Assembly: GCA_017302215.1 (NCBI GenBank)
Contig: JAFLDX010000001.1
Coordinates: 517 to 64,516, forward strand
From: Lysobacterales bacterium
Lineage (GTDB): Bacteria; Pseudomonadota; Gammaproteobacteria; Xanthomonadales; Rhodanobacteraceae
Reading direction: 5' to 3'
DNA: 64,000 bases
Shown piece after piece: positions 13,329 to 24,253 of this stretch. A model generated the notes under the pieces. It was not told the origin of the DNA, made no database searches, and saw only the letters and a program-made list of their open reading frames with translations. Numbering within the stretch: position 1 is the stretch's first letter; each line of letters starts with the position of its first letter. A program made the translations under genes and the position numbers.

Positions 13329-13353
13329 GCGGCCATCCATGGCCGCACTTTTT
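13329..13353 (+). terminator. Terminator-like hairpin inside the rpoA-rplQ spacer
   Basis: GCGGCCAT-CC-ATGGCCGC (8-bp perfect stem) followed by ACTTTTT. Confidence 0.5.
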
Positions 13354-13459
13354 ACCGACAGCCCGTTTCTTGAAGGGTTGAAAAAATAAAAGCGGATTTC
13401 CGCGGGAACCGGACCCTAGAGCCGGATTCTCATAACAATCGAGACGAGAGGTTTCCACC

Positions 13460-13846
13460 ATGCGTCACCAGAAATCCGGTCGCAAGTTCAGCCGCACGAG
13501 CAGCCACCGTGAAGCCATGTTCAAGAACATGGCGGCATCGCTGTTCAAGCACGAACTGATCCGCACGACTCTGCCGAAGGCCAAGGAACTGCGCCGCGTC
13601 GCCGAGCCGCTCATCACGCTGGCGAAGACCGATGGCGTCGCCAACCGCCGTCTCGCGTTCGCGCGCCTGCGCGACAAGCAGGCCGTCGGCAAGCTGTTCG
13701 TCGAACTCGGTCCACGCTTCCGCGAACGCAAGGGTGGTTACCTGCGCATCCTGAAGTGCGGTTTCCGACCCGGCGACAATGCGCCGATGGCCTACGTCGA
13801 GTTGCTGGATCGCCCGGCAACCGCGACTGTCGCCCAGGAAGACTGA
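13460..13846 (+). CDS. rplQ: 50S ribosomal protein L17
   Basis: [24 protein letters not shown] is canonical L17. Confidence 0.96.
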   Translation: MRHQKSGRKFSRTSSHREAMFKNMAASLFKHELIRTTLPKAKELRRVAEPLITLAKTDGVANRRLAFARLRDKQAVGKLFVELGPRFRERKGGYLRILKCGFRPGDNAPMAYVELLDRPATATVAQED

Positions 13847-13867
13847 GTCCACTCCGGACCGCGCTCG

Positions 13868-13893
13868 AAAGCCCCGCCGATGCGGGGCTTTTT
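13868..13893 (+). terminator. Rho-independent terminator after rplQ
   Basis: AAA-GCCCCGC-CGAT-GCGGGGC-TTTTT. Confidence 0.75.
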
Positions 13894-13990
13894 CGTTCCG
13901 GCGCGCCCCAGCGCCGAGGCGGTCGGGCGGGAACCCCGTCGATGAGGCGCGGTCAGCACCGTGCATCCATCGCCATCAACGAGGCCACGC

Positions 13991-14500
13991 ATGCCATCGC
14001 TCCGCACCCCCGGCTACTCGCCATTCGCCCTCGTCGCCTTCGCCTGTGCCGCCTTGATGGGCTACGCACTGTTCGCCCAGCACGTGCAGGGGTTCGAGCC
14101 ATGCATGCTGTGCATGGTGCAAAGGGTTTTCGTCTGCGCAACCGGACTGGTCGCCCTGATCGCCGTGCTGCATCGGCCCGGAGTCGTCGGGCGCCGCGTT
14201 TACGGCATCCTCGGTGCACTGATGGCAGGAACCGGCGCCTATGTCGCCGGGCGGCATGTCTACCTCCAGCAGCTGGCGCTGACGGCGCCTGAGCAACTCG
14301 ACGGTTGCGCGCCGTCGTTCGAGTATGCGTTGCAGAACTACGGCCTGCCGAAGTTCCTCGGCGCGATCTTCATCCGCGATCAGGACTGTGGCGTCATCGA
14401 CTGGACGTTCCTCGGCTTGTCGATGCCGGCCTGGGTGCTGATCTGGTTCGTGGTCATCGCGCTGGTGCTGCTCTGGGCCGGGTTCCGCCGCATGCGCTGA
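13991..14500 (+). CDS. dsbB: Disulfide bond formation protein B
   Basis: Four predicted TM segments; CxxC in EPCMLCMVQR after TM1; a second Cys pair in the periplasmic loop (DGCAPS...QDCGVIDW). Start chosen at ATG 13991. Confidence 0.85.
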   Translation: MPSLRTPGYSPFALVAFACAALMGYALFAQHVQGFEPCMLCMVQRVFVCATGLVALIAVLHRPGVVGRRVYGILGALMAGTGAYVAGRHVYLQQLALTAPEQLDGCAPSFEYALQNYGLPKFLGAIFIRDQDCGVIDWTFLGLSMPAWVLIWFVVIALVLLWAGFRRMR

Positions 14501-14557
14501 ATCCATGGCTGCGCTGTGGCATGATCATTTTCTCGCACCGCAGCAATCAGGGTTTCC

Positions 14558-15940
<1,383 letters not shown>

Positions 15941-16199
15941 GCCTGTCGTCCTGCGCGCTCGAGCGCGCCCTTACATGCTCACCCAATTGCGGGATCCGCC
16001 GCCGCGAGGCGTGCCGCCGCGCCGGGAGACGATGTGACCTGTGCTCGACGGTCGGACACCGCTGTCCGCGCCTGCTGAAACGGTGGTGGCGATCATGCAA
16101 GCGCCGGGTTTCGCCGCGCGCGAGCGGATCGTGGCGGTCGGCAAGGAACGCGGCGCGCGGGGTCGAGAGGCTTGCGACTGTTCGGCACCGCGGGTGGGA

Positions 16200-17540
16200 T
16201 CAGGCGGCGCGTTCGTCGAGCGTCGCCACACGGCCGCGCAGTGAATTGCTCATCGCCTCGGTGATCACGACATCGATGAAGCTGCCGGCAAGGCGTTCCG
16301 GACCGGCGAAGTTGACCTTGCGCATGTTCTCGGTGCGACCGGTCAGTTCGCGCACGTCGCGGCGACTCGGTCCTTCCACAAGGATTCGCTGGGTCGATCC
16401 CAGCATGCCGAGGTTGATCGCTCTCGCGTTCGCGTCGAGTACGGCCTGCAGGCGCGCCAAACGCTCCTTCTTGACGTGCACCGGCGTCTCGTCGGCGAGA
16501 CTGGCAGCGGGGGTGCCCGGTCGCGCCGAGAAGATGAAGCTGAAGCTCTGGTCGAAGCCCACGTCGGCGACGAGCTTCATCGTCTTCTCGAAATCGGCCT
16601 CGGTCTCGCCCGGGAAGCCGACGATGAAGTCCGACGAGATGCAGATGTCCGGGCGCACCGCGCGCAGCTTGCGGATGCGCTGCTTGAACTCGAGTGCGGT
16701 GTAGCCGCGCTTCATCGCGGCGAGGATGCGGTCCGAACCGGACTGCACGGGCAGGTGCAGGAAGTTCGCGAGTTGCGGCACGTTCGCGTAGGCATCGATC
16801 AGCGAATCGCCGAATTCCATCGGATGCGAGGTCGTGAAGCGAATGCGACCGATGCCGTCGATCTCGGCGATCGCGTGTATCAGCAGGCCGAGGTCGGCCA
16901 TGCTGCCGTCGGCCAGCGGACTGCGCCAGGCGTTGACGTTCTGCCCGAGCAGGGTGACCTCGCGCACACCCTGTTCGGCGAGCACAGCGATCTCGGCGAC
17001 CACGTCGTCGAACGGCCGGCTGATCTCCTCGCCGCGCGTATACGGCACGACGCAGTACGTGCAGTACTTCGAGCAGCCTTCCATGATCGAGACGAAGGCC
17101 ATCGGACCTTCGGCGCGCGGTTCCGGCAGGCGGTCGAACTTCTCGATCTCGGGGAAGCTGATGTCGACCTGGGGCTTGCCGGTTGCCTGGCGTCTGGCGA
17201 TCAGTTCGGGAAGACGGTGCAGCGTTTGCGGACCGAACACGAGATCGACGAACGGTGCGCGCCGTATGATCGCCTCGCCCTCCTGGCTGGCCACGCAGCC
17301 GCCGACTCCGATCACGACCGGTTTGTCGCGCTTGAGCTGTTTCCAACGGCCGAGCTGGCTGAAGACCTTTTCCTGCGCCTTCTCGCGGATCGAGCAGGTG
17401 TTGATCAGGATGACGTCGGCCTCGCCCTCGTCGGTCGTCAGTTCGAGGCCTTGGGCCGCGTGCAGCACGTCGGCCATCTTCGCCGAGTCGTACTCGTTCA
17501 TCTGGCAACCGTGCGTCTTGATGTACAGCTTGCCGGCCAT
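16200..17540 (-). CDS. miaB: tRNA-2-methylthio-N6-dimethylallyladenosine synthase
   Basis: [20 protein letters not shown]-terminus; radical-SAM CSKYCTYC; TRAM C-terminus. Confidence 0.96.
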   Translation of the reverse strand: MAGKLYIKTHGCQMNEYDSAKMADVLHAAQGLELTTDEGEADVILINTCSIREKAQEKVFSQLGRWKQLKRDKPVVIGVGGCVASQEGEAIIRRAPFVDLVFGPQTLHRLPELIARRQATGKPQVDISFPEIEKFDRLPEPRAEGPMAFVSIMEGCSKYCTYCVVPYTRGEEISRPFDDVVAEIAVLAEQGVREVTLLGQNVNAWRSPLADGSMADLGLLIHAIAEIDGIGRIRFTTSHPMEFGDSLIDAYANVPQLANFLHLPVQSGSDRILAAMKRGYTALEFKQRIRKLRAVRPDICISSDFIVGFPGETEADFEKTMKLVADVGFDQSFSFIFSARPGTPAASLADETPVHVKKERLARLQAVLDANARAINLGMLGSTQRILVEGPSRRDVRELTGRTENMRKVNFAGPERLAGSFIDVVITEAMSNSLRGRVATLDERAA

Positions 17541-17661
17541 GGAGAGTGGAGAATTGCCAGTAAACCCAGTAGTTTACGCATCGGCGCCCGGGATCGCCAG
17601 CGGGCGGGTGCCTCGCCTTCCGTGATCGGAACGGTGAACCAATCGCCGCTGACCTGTTCCA

Positions 17662-18618
17662 ATGCGGACCATGTCGTGCATGAACCCGCCTGCTCCCATG
17701 CCCTCGCTCCTCCTCGCCGCCCTTCTTGCATCGGGCGCGCAGGCGCTGCGCGCGGAGACGCTCTACAAATGCGAAGGGCCCGGTGGCAGCGTTGCCTTTA
17801 CGAACCGCAAGGGCTCGTTCACCGGATGCAAGGCCGTGGCGAGCTACGCCACGCGCAAGTCGCCGACGGAGAACCCCGCGCCTTCGCGCGCCTGGGACTA
17901 CGAGGAACGCCCTGACCCCAGGGCGCAGAGCTCGGGGGTCGTCTCGACCGCGCCGTTGGGGAGCGCGGATACCCCAGCCACCCCGGCGGTGGCGCAGGCG
18001 GCGGTCGAGCCGACGTCGAAAGTGATGACGGGTCCGACGACATCGACGCAGGCGCCGAAGGTCCTGCGCGGCTCGGTCTACCGGGTCGACCGCAGCAACG
18101 GCATCACCGAGTACACCAACGTCCGTCCGCGAGACGGACGTTTCGCGGTCTTGTTCAGCTACATATCGACCTGCGTCGCCTGCGATGTCAACTCGAAGAT
18201 CGATTTCTCGAGCACGCGGCTCAACCTCGACATCTTCAAGGACGAGATCGCCGCCGCGGCGACCGCGAGCGGAGTCGACGCATCCCTGCTGCGCGCGGTC
18301 ATGCATGCGGAGTCGGCATTCAACCCGATGGCGCTCTCGAGCAAGGGAGCGCAAGGACTGATGCAGCTCATGCCCGGGACCGCAGCCGACCTCGGCGTCG
18401 TCGATGCGTTCGACGTCGGCCAGAACATCCGCGGTGGCGCGATGTATCTCGCCCAGATGCTGCGCAGCTTCGATGGCGACGAACGTCTGGCGACGGCGGC
18501 CTACAACGCCGGTCCCGGAGCGGTGCAGAAATACGGCGACGTGCCGCCCTACGCCGAGACGAAGGTGTACGTCGAGCGCGTGGCCACGCTGCGCGAGCGC
18601 TACCGGAAAGCCTTGTGA
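17662..18618 (+). CDS. Exported lytic transglycosylase (DUF4124-like N-region plus SLT domain)
   Basis: Signal-like PSLLLAALLASGAQA; LYKCEGPGGSVAFTN; SLT motif HAESAFNPMALSSKGAQGLMQLMPGTA...AYNAGPGAV. Confidence 0.85.
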   Translation: MRTMSCMNPPAPMPSLLLAALLASGAQALRAETLYKCEGPGGSVAFTNRKGSFTGCKAVASYATRKSPTENPAPSRAWDYEERPDPRAQSSGVVSTAPLGSADTPATPAVAQAAVEPTSKVMTGPTTSTQAPKVLRGSVYRVDRSNGITEYTNVRPRDGRFAVLFSYISTCVACDVNSKIDFSSTRLNLDIFKDEIAAAATASGVDASLLRAVMHAESAFNPMALSSKGAQGLMQLMPGTAADLGVVDAFDVGQNIRGGAMYLAQMLRSFDGDERLATAAYNAGPGAVQKYGDVPPYAETKVYVERVATLRERYRKAL

Positions 18619-18637
18619 GGCGCTGCGTCGCGCGTCC

Positions 18638-19837
18638 TCAGCTGCCCGCCGTTCGCGCGCGGCGCTGGCCGAGGGTGACATCGAGCGTAAACGGCAGGCC
18701 CTCGCGCACCCCCTCCACGCGCACCAGCGTCCCCGGGGCGATCGCCGCTTCCTGGCTGCGCAGGTCGGCCTGATTGCGGATGTCGTTGCCGTCCAGTTTG
18801 AGCAGCACGTCGCCCTGGTGGATGCCCGCGCTGGACGCGGCGCCGCCCGATTCGACCTCGAGCACGATCACGCCGGCGGCGGTCGAGGGTATTCCGTTCG
18901 GACCCGGCAGCGTGTTGTCGGCGTACTCGACTCCGAGCGAGCCGCGAATGACGAGGCCGTGGCGCACGATCTGCTCGAGCACCGCTTTCGCGGTGGCGAC
19001 CGGAATCGCGAAGCCGATGCCTTGCGGTGCTTCGGGCACGCCTGAGCGACCGTTCCCGCCGGAGTTCCAGAACACGGCGGTGTTGATGCCGACGAGTTCG
19101 CCGAGCGCATTGACCAGTGCGCCACCCGAATTGCCCGAGTTGATCGCGGCGTCGGTCTGGATGAAATCCTCGTACTCGGACAGGCGAAGCTGCCTGCCGG
19201 TGCCGCTGACGATGCCCATCGTGACCGTCTTGCCGATCCCGAACGGATTGCCGATCGCCAGCACGACGTCACCGACCGTCACCGTGTCGCTTTCCGCGAT
19301 CGCGATCGTCGGCAGGTCCGCGACATCGATCTTGAGCACGGCCAGATCGGTGTCCTGATCGGTGCCTATCACGCGGGCCTGGGATACGCGTCCGTCGAAC
19401 AGCAGGATCTGGATGTCGTCGGCACCGCTGATGACGTGGTTGTTCGTCAGCACGTAGCCGTCCGCACTGAAGATCACGCCCGAGCCGAGGCTCTGCTCGC
19501 GCTTCTTGTACGGCGGGCCTGCCGCGATCGCGCCGAACAGGCGCTGGGCGAGCGGGTCGGGCACGATGCGGTACTGGCGCACCGTGGTGATCTTGTTCGC
19601 GTAGATGTTGACCACCGCCGGTGCCGCGCGCGTGACCGCGTCGGCGTAGGAGACCGGGCCGACAAGTCGCGCCGCGACCGGAATGGTGGCGGCGGTCGTG
19701 GCTCGCGGCGCCGTGGTGTCCCCGCGCAGGCGCCCGACCCAGTCCGGTGCGAACACACTCAGGATGAATGCGATCGCCAGCCCGAGCACGGCGCAGCGCA
19801 GGATGAAGTGGGCGGCTCGGCGACTGCTGTGGAGCAT
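18638..19837 (-). CDS. DegS/AlgW-type periplasmic serine endoprotease (trypsin domain plus one PDZ)
   Basis: N-terminal TM anchor; TNNHV...DLAVLK...GNSGGALVN catalytic triad context; single C-terminal PDZ. Confidence 0.85.
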   Translation of the reverse strand: MLHSSRRAAHFILRCAVLGLAIAFILSVFAPDWVGRLRGDTTAPRATTAATIPVAARLVGPVSYADAVTRAAPAVVNIYANKITTVRQYRIVPDPLAQRLFGAIAAGPPYKKREQSLGSGVIFSADGYVLTNNHVISGADDIQILLFDGRVSQARVIGTDQDTDLAVLKIDVADLPTIAIAESDTVTVGDVVLAIGNPFGIGKTVTMGIVSGTGRQLRLSEYEDFIQTDAAINSGNSGGALVNALGELVGINTAVFWNSGGNGRSGVPEAPQGIGFAIPVATAKAVLEQIVRHGLVIRGSLGVEYADNTLPGPNGIPSTAAGVIVLEVESGGAASSAGIHQGDVLLKLDGNDIRNQADLRSQEAAIAPGTLVRVEGVREGLPFTLDVTLGQRRARTAGS

Positions 19838-19997
19838 GGTGTGGGGGCGGATGAAGCAACGCCGCGGACGGACGTCGTGCCGCGCCGCGCTTGATTGTGC
19901 GGCCCGGGGTGCTTCGTTAAACTATCACGATTTTCGGGGTTGCCCGACGGTTCTTGCTCCATTTCCCTTCTTAATGTGCAGTGCTCTGGAGTGCCGG

Positions 19998-20594
19998 ATG
20001 GCAAATGACGGCGTCGACACGGGCCGCCGCAGATTCCTCACAGCGACGACGGCTGTCGTCGGTGGCGCAGGAATTGCGGTGGCTGCCATACCTTTCATCA
20101 AGTCGTGGTTGCCGAGCGCTCGTGCGCAGACGGCCGGCGCGCCGGTCGAGGCCGACATCTCCAAGCTCGAAGACGGGCAGATGGTGATGTACGAATGGCG
20201 AGGCCAGCCGATCTGGATCATCCGCCGCACGAAGGCCCAGCTCGACGCGCTGCCATCGCAGGACAGCCGCCTTCGCGACCCGAAGTCGACGAACACCGAT
20301 CAGCAGCCGGCTTTCGCCCAGAACGAGTACCGTTCGCTCAAGCCCGAGGTCCTCGTCCTCGTCGGTCTCTGCACGCACCTCGGCTGCGCGCCCAAACTGC
20401 ACGCCGAACTGAAGCCGGAGCCGTTCGACCCGGACTGGAAGGGCGGCTTCTTCTGCCCTTGCCACAAGTCCCGTTTCGACATGGCCGGACGCGTCTATGC
20501 AGGGGTGCCGGCGCCGAGCAACCTCGTGGTGCCGCCTTACCGGTTCATCGATGACGGCCACATCATGATCGGCGTCTCCGAGGGGGCTGCGTGA
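19998..20594 (+). CDS. petA: Ubiquinol-cytochrome c reductase Rieske iron-sulfur subunit
   Basis: Tat-like RRRFLTATTAVVGG; Rieske boxes CTHLGC and CPCHKS; the ORF-track N-extension from 19683 was discarded. Confidence 0.93.
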   Translation: MANDGVDTGRRRFLTATTAVVGGAGIAVAAIPFIKSWLPSARAQTAGAPVEADISKLEDGQMVMYEWRGQPIWIIRRTKAQLDALPSQDSRLRDPKSTNTDQQPAFAQNEYRSLKPEVLVLVGLCTHLGCAPKLHAELKPEPFDPDWKGGFFCPCHKSRFDMAGRVYAGVPAPSNLVVPPYRFIDDGHIMIGVSEGAA

Positions 20595-21859
20595 TGGCGA
20601 ATCGACTGACCCGCGCAGTGACCGGCGTGCAGGACTGGTTCAACGACCGTGCGCCTTCGTTCGGTCCGTTCTACCGCAAGCACATGACGGAGTACTACGC
20701 TCCGAAGAACTTCAACATCTGGTACATCTTCGGCGTGCTGTCGATGGTCGTGCTGGTCAACCAGATCCTGACCGGCATCTTCCTCACCATGCACTACAAG
20801 CCGAGTGCGGCGGAAGCCTTCGCCTCGGTCGAATACATCATGCGCGACGTCGACTGGGGCTGGCTGATCCGCTACATGCACTCCACCGGCGCGTCCGCCT
20901 TCTTCGTCGTCGTCTACATCCACATGTTCCGCGGCATCATGTACGGTTCCTACAAGAAGCCGCGAGAGCTCGTGTGGGTGCTCGGCATGCTGATCTACCT
21001 CGTGCTGATGGCGGAAGCGTTCCTCGGCTACGTGTTGCCGTGGGGCCAGATGTCGTTCTGGGGCGCGAAGGTGATCATCTCGCTGTTCGGCGCGATCCCG
21101 TACATCGGCGGCGCGCTGACCGAATGGATCATGGGCGACTACCTGCCGTCGGATGCGACGCTCAACCGCTTCTTCGCGTTGCATGTCATCGCGCTGCCGC
21201 TCGTTTTGTTGTTGCTGGTCGTGCTGCACATCTTCGCGCTGCACGAGGTCGGCTCGAACAATCCCGATGGCGTGGAGATCAAGAAGGGGCCGAAGGGCAA
21301 CCGCTGGTCCGACAAGGCCCCGGCAGACGGCGTGCCGTTCCATCCGTACTTCACGGTCAAGGACACGTTCTATACCGGATTCTTCCTCATCATCTGCGCC
21401 TTCATCCTGTTCTTCGAACCGACCGCGGGTGGCTGGTTCCTCGAACACGACAACTTCGTCGAGGCGAACCGGCTGGTCACGCCGGAGCACATCAAGCCGG
21501 TGTGGTACTACACGCCGTTCTACGCGATGTTGCGCGTGATCCCCGACAAGTTGTCCGGCGTCCTCGTCATGTTCGGCGCGATCGTCGTGCTTTTCTTCCT
21601 GCCATGGCTCGATCGCGGCAAGGTGAAGTCCTGGCGCTATCGAGGCACCGGCTTCCGCGTCGCGATCTTCGTGCTCGGCGTGTGCTTCGTCTGGCTCGGC
21701 AAGATCGGCGCAGGACCTGGAACCGATCCGGTGGAGACGGTGATCGGCCGTATCCTCACGGCACTCTACTTCGGCTTCTTCGGCTTCCTGCTGGCCTACA
21801 CCGGTCTCGGCTGGGAGAAGACCAAGCCTGTGCCCGAGCGGGTGACTGGCCATGACTGA
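20594..21859 (+). CDS. petB: Cytochrome b
   Basis: WFNDRAP...NIWYIFGVLS...RYMHSTGASAFF are typical; the ATG overlaps the petA TGA. Confidence 0.96.
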   Translation: MANRLTRAVTGVQDWFNDRAPSFGPFYRKHMTEYYAPKNFNIWYIFGVLSMVVLVNQILTGIFLTMHYKPSAAEAFASVEYIMRDVDWGWLIRYMHSTGASAFFVVVYIHMFRGIMYGSYKKPRELVWVLGMLIYLVLMAEAFLGYVLPWGQMSFWGAKVIISLFGAIPYIGGALTEWIMGDYLPSDATLNRFFALHVIALPLVLLLLVVLHIFALHEVGSNNPDGVEIKKGPKGNRWSDKAPADGVPFHPYFTVKDTFYTGFFLIICAFILFFEPTAGGWFLEHDNFVEANRLVTPEHIKPVWYYTPFYAMLRVIPDKLSGVLVMFGAIVVLFFLPWLDRGKVKSWRYRGTGFRVAIFVLGVCFVWLGKIGAGPGTDPVETVIGRILTALYFGFFGFLLAYTGLGWEKTKPVPERVTGHD

Positions 21860-22616
21860 GACGAGCATGCCGCTGATGCGCTACTTCCTGTACGCCACCT
21901 TCCTGGCCATGGCGATGGCGCTGGCCGCACCGGTCGATGCGAGTTCGGGCAGCTCGAACCTGCAGGCTTCGGGTGCCAGCCTGTCCGACCGCGGTTCGTT
22001 GCAGAACGGCGCCAAGCTTTTCTTCAACTACTGCTCGGGCTGCCACTCGCTCAAGCTCATGCGGTATTCGCGCATCGCCAGCGACCTCGGCCTGACCGAG
22101 CAGCAGGTGATGGACAACCTGAATTTCACCGGGGCCAAGTTCGGCGAGCAGATTCCGCCGTCGATGTCCGCGGCGGATGGCAAGACGTGGTTCGGCGCTG
22201 CGCCGCCGGACCTGTCGCTGATGGCACGTGCCAGGGGCGTGGACTACATCTACACGTACCTGAAGTCGTTCTACCTCGACCCGACGCGACCGCTGGGCTG
22301 GAACAACACGGTGTTCCCCAATGCCTCGATGCCGAATGCGTTGTGGTCCTTGCAGGGCATCCAGACCGCCACGTTCAAGGCACACGGGAGTGACGTGACG
22401 CCGGTCTTCGAGAAGTTCGAGCTGCACCAGGCCGGTTCGCTCGATGCTCACCAGTTCGACGAAGTTGCTCGCGACATCGCGAACTTCCTGCAGTACGCGG
22501 CCGAACCCGCAGCGCTCCAACGCAAGTCGGTGGGGGTCTGGGTGCTGCTGTTCCTCGGCGTCTTCACCCTGCTCGCCTGGCTGCTCAAGCAGGAGTACTG
22601 GAAAGACGTTCACTGA
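21852..22616 (+). CDS. petC: Cytochrome c1
   Basis: Heme motif CSGCHS; C-terminal TM anchor; follows petB. Confidence 0.9.
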   Translation: MTETSMPLMRYFLYATFLAMAMALAAPVDASSGSSNLQASGASLSDRGSLQNGAKLFFNYCSGCHSLKLMRYSRIASDLGLTEQQVMDNLNFTGAKFGEQIPPSMSAADGKTWFGAAPPDLSLMARARGVDYIYTYLKSFYLDPTRPLGWNNTVFPNASMPNALWSLQGIQTATFKAHGSDVTPVFEKFELHQAGSLDAHQFDEVARDIANFLQYAAEPAALQRKSVGVWVLLFLGVFTLLAWLLKQEYWKDVH

Positions 22617-22659
22617 CAATGACTTGGCTGATCGAGTACGGCCCCTGACGAGCCCGCGC

Positions 22660-22681
22660 GGGGCGCCTGCCTAGGCGCCCC
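22660..22681 (+). terminator. GC-rich hairpin after petC (no clear U-tract)
   Basis: GGGGCGCCT-GCCT-AGGCGCCCC, 9-bp perfect stem. Confidence 0.4.
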
Positions 22682-22774
22682 GGACCTGCCGTAGTAAAGT
22701 GAACACGCGTAGGGAGGCACCGTGCCAAACCGGTGCTTGGGAGCGGGCGACACCCGCCAGGGGAGTGTTCCAAC

Positions 22775-23398
22775 ATGGCCTTGAGTCAGCGTTCGCGTGC
22801 GGTGTTGACCCTTTTTTCGGCACGCGATTGCGTGCACTGCCATCGCGTGAGGCTGGTCCTCGCGGCGAAGGGCGTCAGTTACGACCACGTTCCCGTCGAC
22901 CTCGACAACCCGCCCGAGGACCTCGTCGAGCTGAACCCGTACAACTCGGTGCCGACCCTCGTCGACCGCGACCTCGTTCTCTATGACACGAACGTCATCT
23001 GCGAATATCTCGACGAGCGTTATCCGCACCCCCCGTTGATGCCGGTCGATCCCCTTTCGCGCGCGCGCCTTCGACTCGCGGTGGTGCGCCTCGAGAACGA
23101 CTGGTTGACTCTCGTCGACCAGATCGAGGCCGGCGGTCGCGGGGCCGAGGCGGCGCGCAAGTCCTTGCGCGACGAACTCGTGCGCAATGCGCCGGCTTTC
23201 CGCGCGTCCCGCTTCTTCCTTAGCCCCGAGATGAGCCTGGCCGACTGCGCGCTGGCTCCATTGATCTGGCGATTCGAGTCGCTCGGCCTGCAGCTTCCGC
23301 GCGAAGCGCAGCCGATCGTCGACTACGGTGAGCGCATCTTCCGCAGCCAGGGATTCACTCGCAGCCTGACTCCCGAGGAGCGGGCGCTGCGTCATTGA
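22775..23398 (+). CDS. sspA: Stringent starvation protein A (GST-like)
   Basis: MALSQRSRAVLTLFSARDCVHCHRVRLVLAAKGV...; followed by sspB. Confidence 0.93.
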   Translation: MALSQRSRAVLTLFSARDCVHCHRVRLVLAAKGVSYDHVPVDLDNPPEDLVELNPYNSVPTLVDRDLVLYDTNVICEYLDERYPHPPLMPVDPLSRARLRLAVVRLENDWLTLVDQIEAGGRGAEAARKSLRDELVRNAPAFRASRFFLSPEMSLADCALAPLIWRFESLGLQLPREAQPIVDYGERIFRSQGFTRSLTPEERALRH

Positions 23399-23408
23399 GG
23401 ATCGTGCC

Positions 23409-23801
23409 GTGTCGACCGCCGCGATGAGCTCCAATCGACCGTACCTGCTGCGGGCGATGTTCGACTGGATCAGTGACAACGGCATGACCCCGTATCTGCT
23501 CGTCGACGCGGGCATCGATGGCGTACGCGTGCCGGCGGCGGCGGTCAAGGACGGCCGCGTGGTCCTCAGCATCGCCGCCCGCGCCGTCGCACATCTCGCG
23601 ATCGGCAACGAGCGGATCACGTTCCTGGCGCGCTTTTCCGGCGTCAGTGAATCGATCGAGGTGCCGGTGCAGGCGGTTCTCGCCATCTATGCGCAGGAGA
23701 ATGGCCAGGGAATGATGTTTCCGGCCGAGACCACTCCGGAACCCGCTCCGCCCGCCCCCGAAGAGACGTCGAAACGCCCCCGCCTGCACGTCGTCAAGTG
23801 A
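23409..23801 (+). CDS. sspB: ClpXP specificity-enhancing factor SspB
   Basis: NRPYLLRAMFDWISDNGMTPYLLVDA...; C-terminal RPRLHVVK ClpX-binding-type tail. Confidence 0.9.
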   Translation: MSTAAMSSNRPYLLRAMFDWISDNGMTPYLLVDAGIDGVRVPAAAVKDGRVVLSIAARAVAHLAIGNERITFLARFSGVSESIEVPVQAVLAIYAQENGQGMMFPAETTPEPAPPAPEETSKRPRLHVVK

Positions 23802-24135
23802 CGGCGTCGCCGCCGATGGCCGGACCCGTGGCGGTCCCGCGCAGCGGCAGCGTGTACGTCGTGCGCACTCTGCCGGCGAAGCTGATCGTGCCGGCATGGC
23901 GATCGGTACCGTCGAAACTGACCTCGAAGCCGTAGCGGCGCTGGACGCCCAGTCGACCGTGGATGCGGGCGAGTCTCCATCGCTGCAGAGCGACACTCTG
24001 GTCGAGCAGCTGCAGCCCGGCGTCGCGGCACAGGTTGCGGCAGTGGGCTCCAGCCAATTCGCGCGCGGAGAGGGCGTCGAACCAGGCCGCGACGACTGCG
24101 CCGGCAACCAGCAGGTAGGCCATCGTCCCCAACAT
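23794..24135 (-). CDS. DUF3301-like small membrane-anchored protein
   Basis: N-terminal TM, then WFDALSARELA...CRDAGLQLLDQSVALQRWRL, which resembles DUF3301 as I remember it; overlaps the sspB 3' end by 8 nt. Confidence 0.55.
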   Translation of the reverse strand: MLGTMAYLLVAGAVVAAWFDALSARELAGAHCRNLCRDAGLQLLDQSVALQRWRLARIHGRLGVQRRYGFEVSFDGTDRHAGTISFAGRVRTTYTLPLRGTATGPAIGGDAVT

Positions 24136-24253
24136 TCAGGCAGTGTGGTGGCGGCGCGGACTACAAACAAGCACGGGCACTGACGCGAAGTTGCCGCGGA
24201 TACGGTTCGGAAGCCGGGATTCGCTACAATCGTCCAGGGTCGAGGGGGTGGAT

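Noticed and set aside
13339-13389. 16-codon mini-ORF (MAALFTDSPFLEGLKK) in the rpoA-rplQ spacer.
   Set aside because: It has no Shine-Dalgarno sequence, and its start codon sits inside the hairpin stem. It is most simply non-coding.
15941-16199. 259-nt gap between the convergent DAHP synthase and miaB genes. It contains a 16-nt perfect palindrome (GCGCGCTCGAGCGCGC, about 15954-15969) and small ORFs (16041..16244 and 15971..16231).
   Set aside because: The ORFs have no RBS or recognisable motifs and show GC-artefact composition. The palindrome is a plausible terminator stem but nothing more can be supported.
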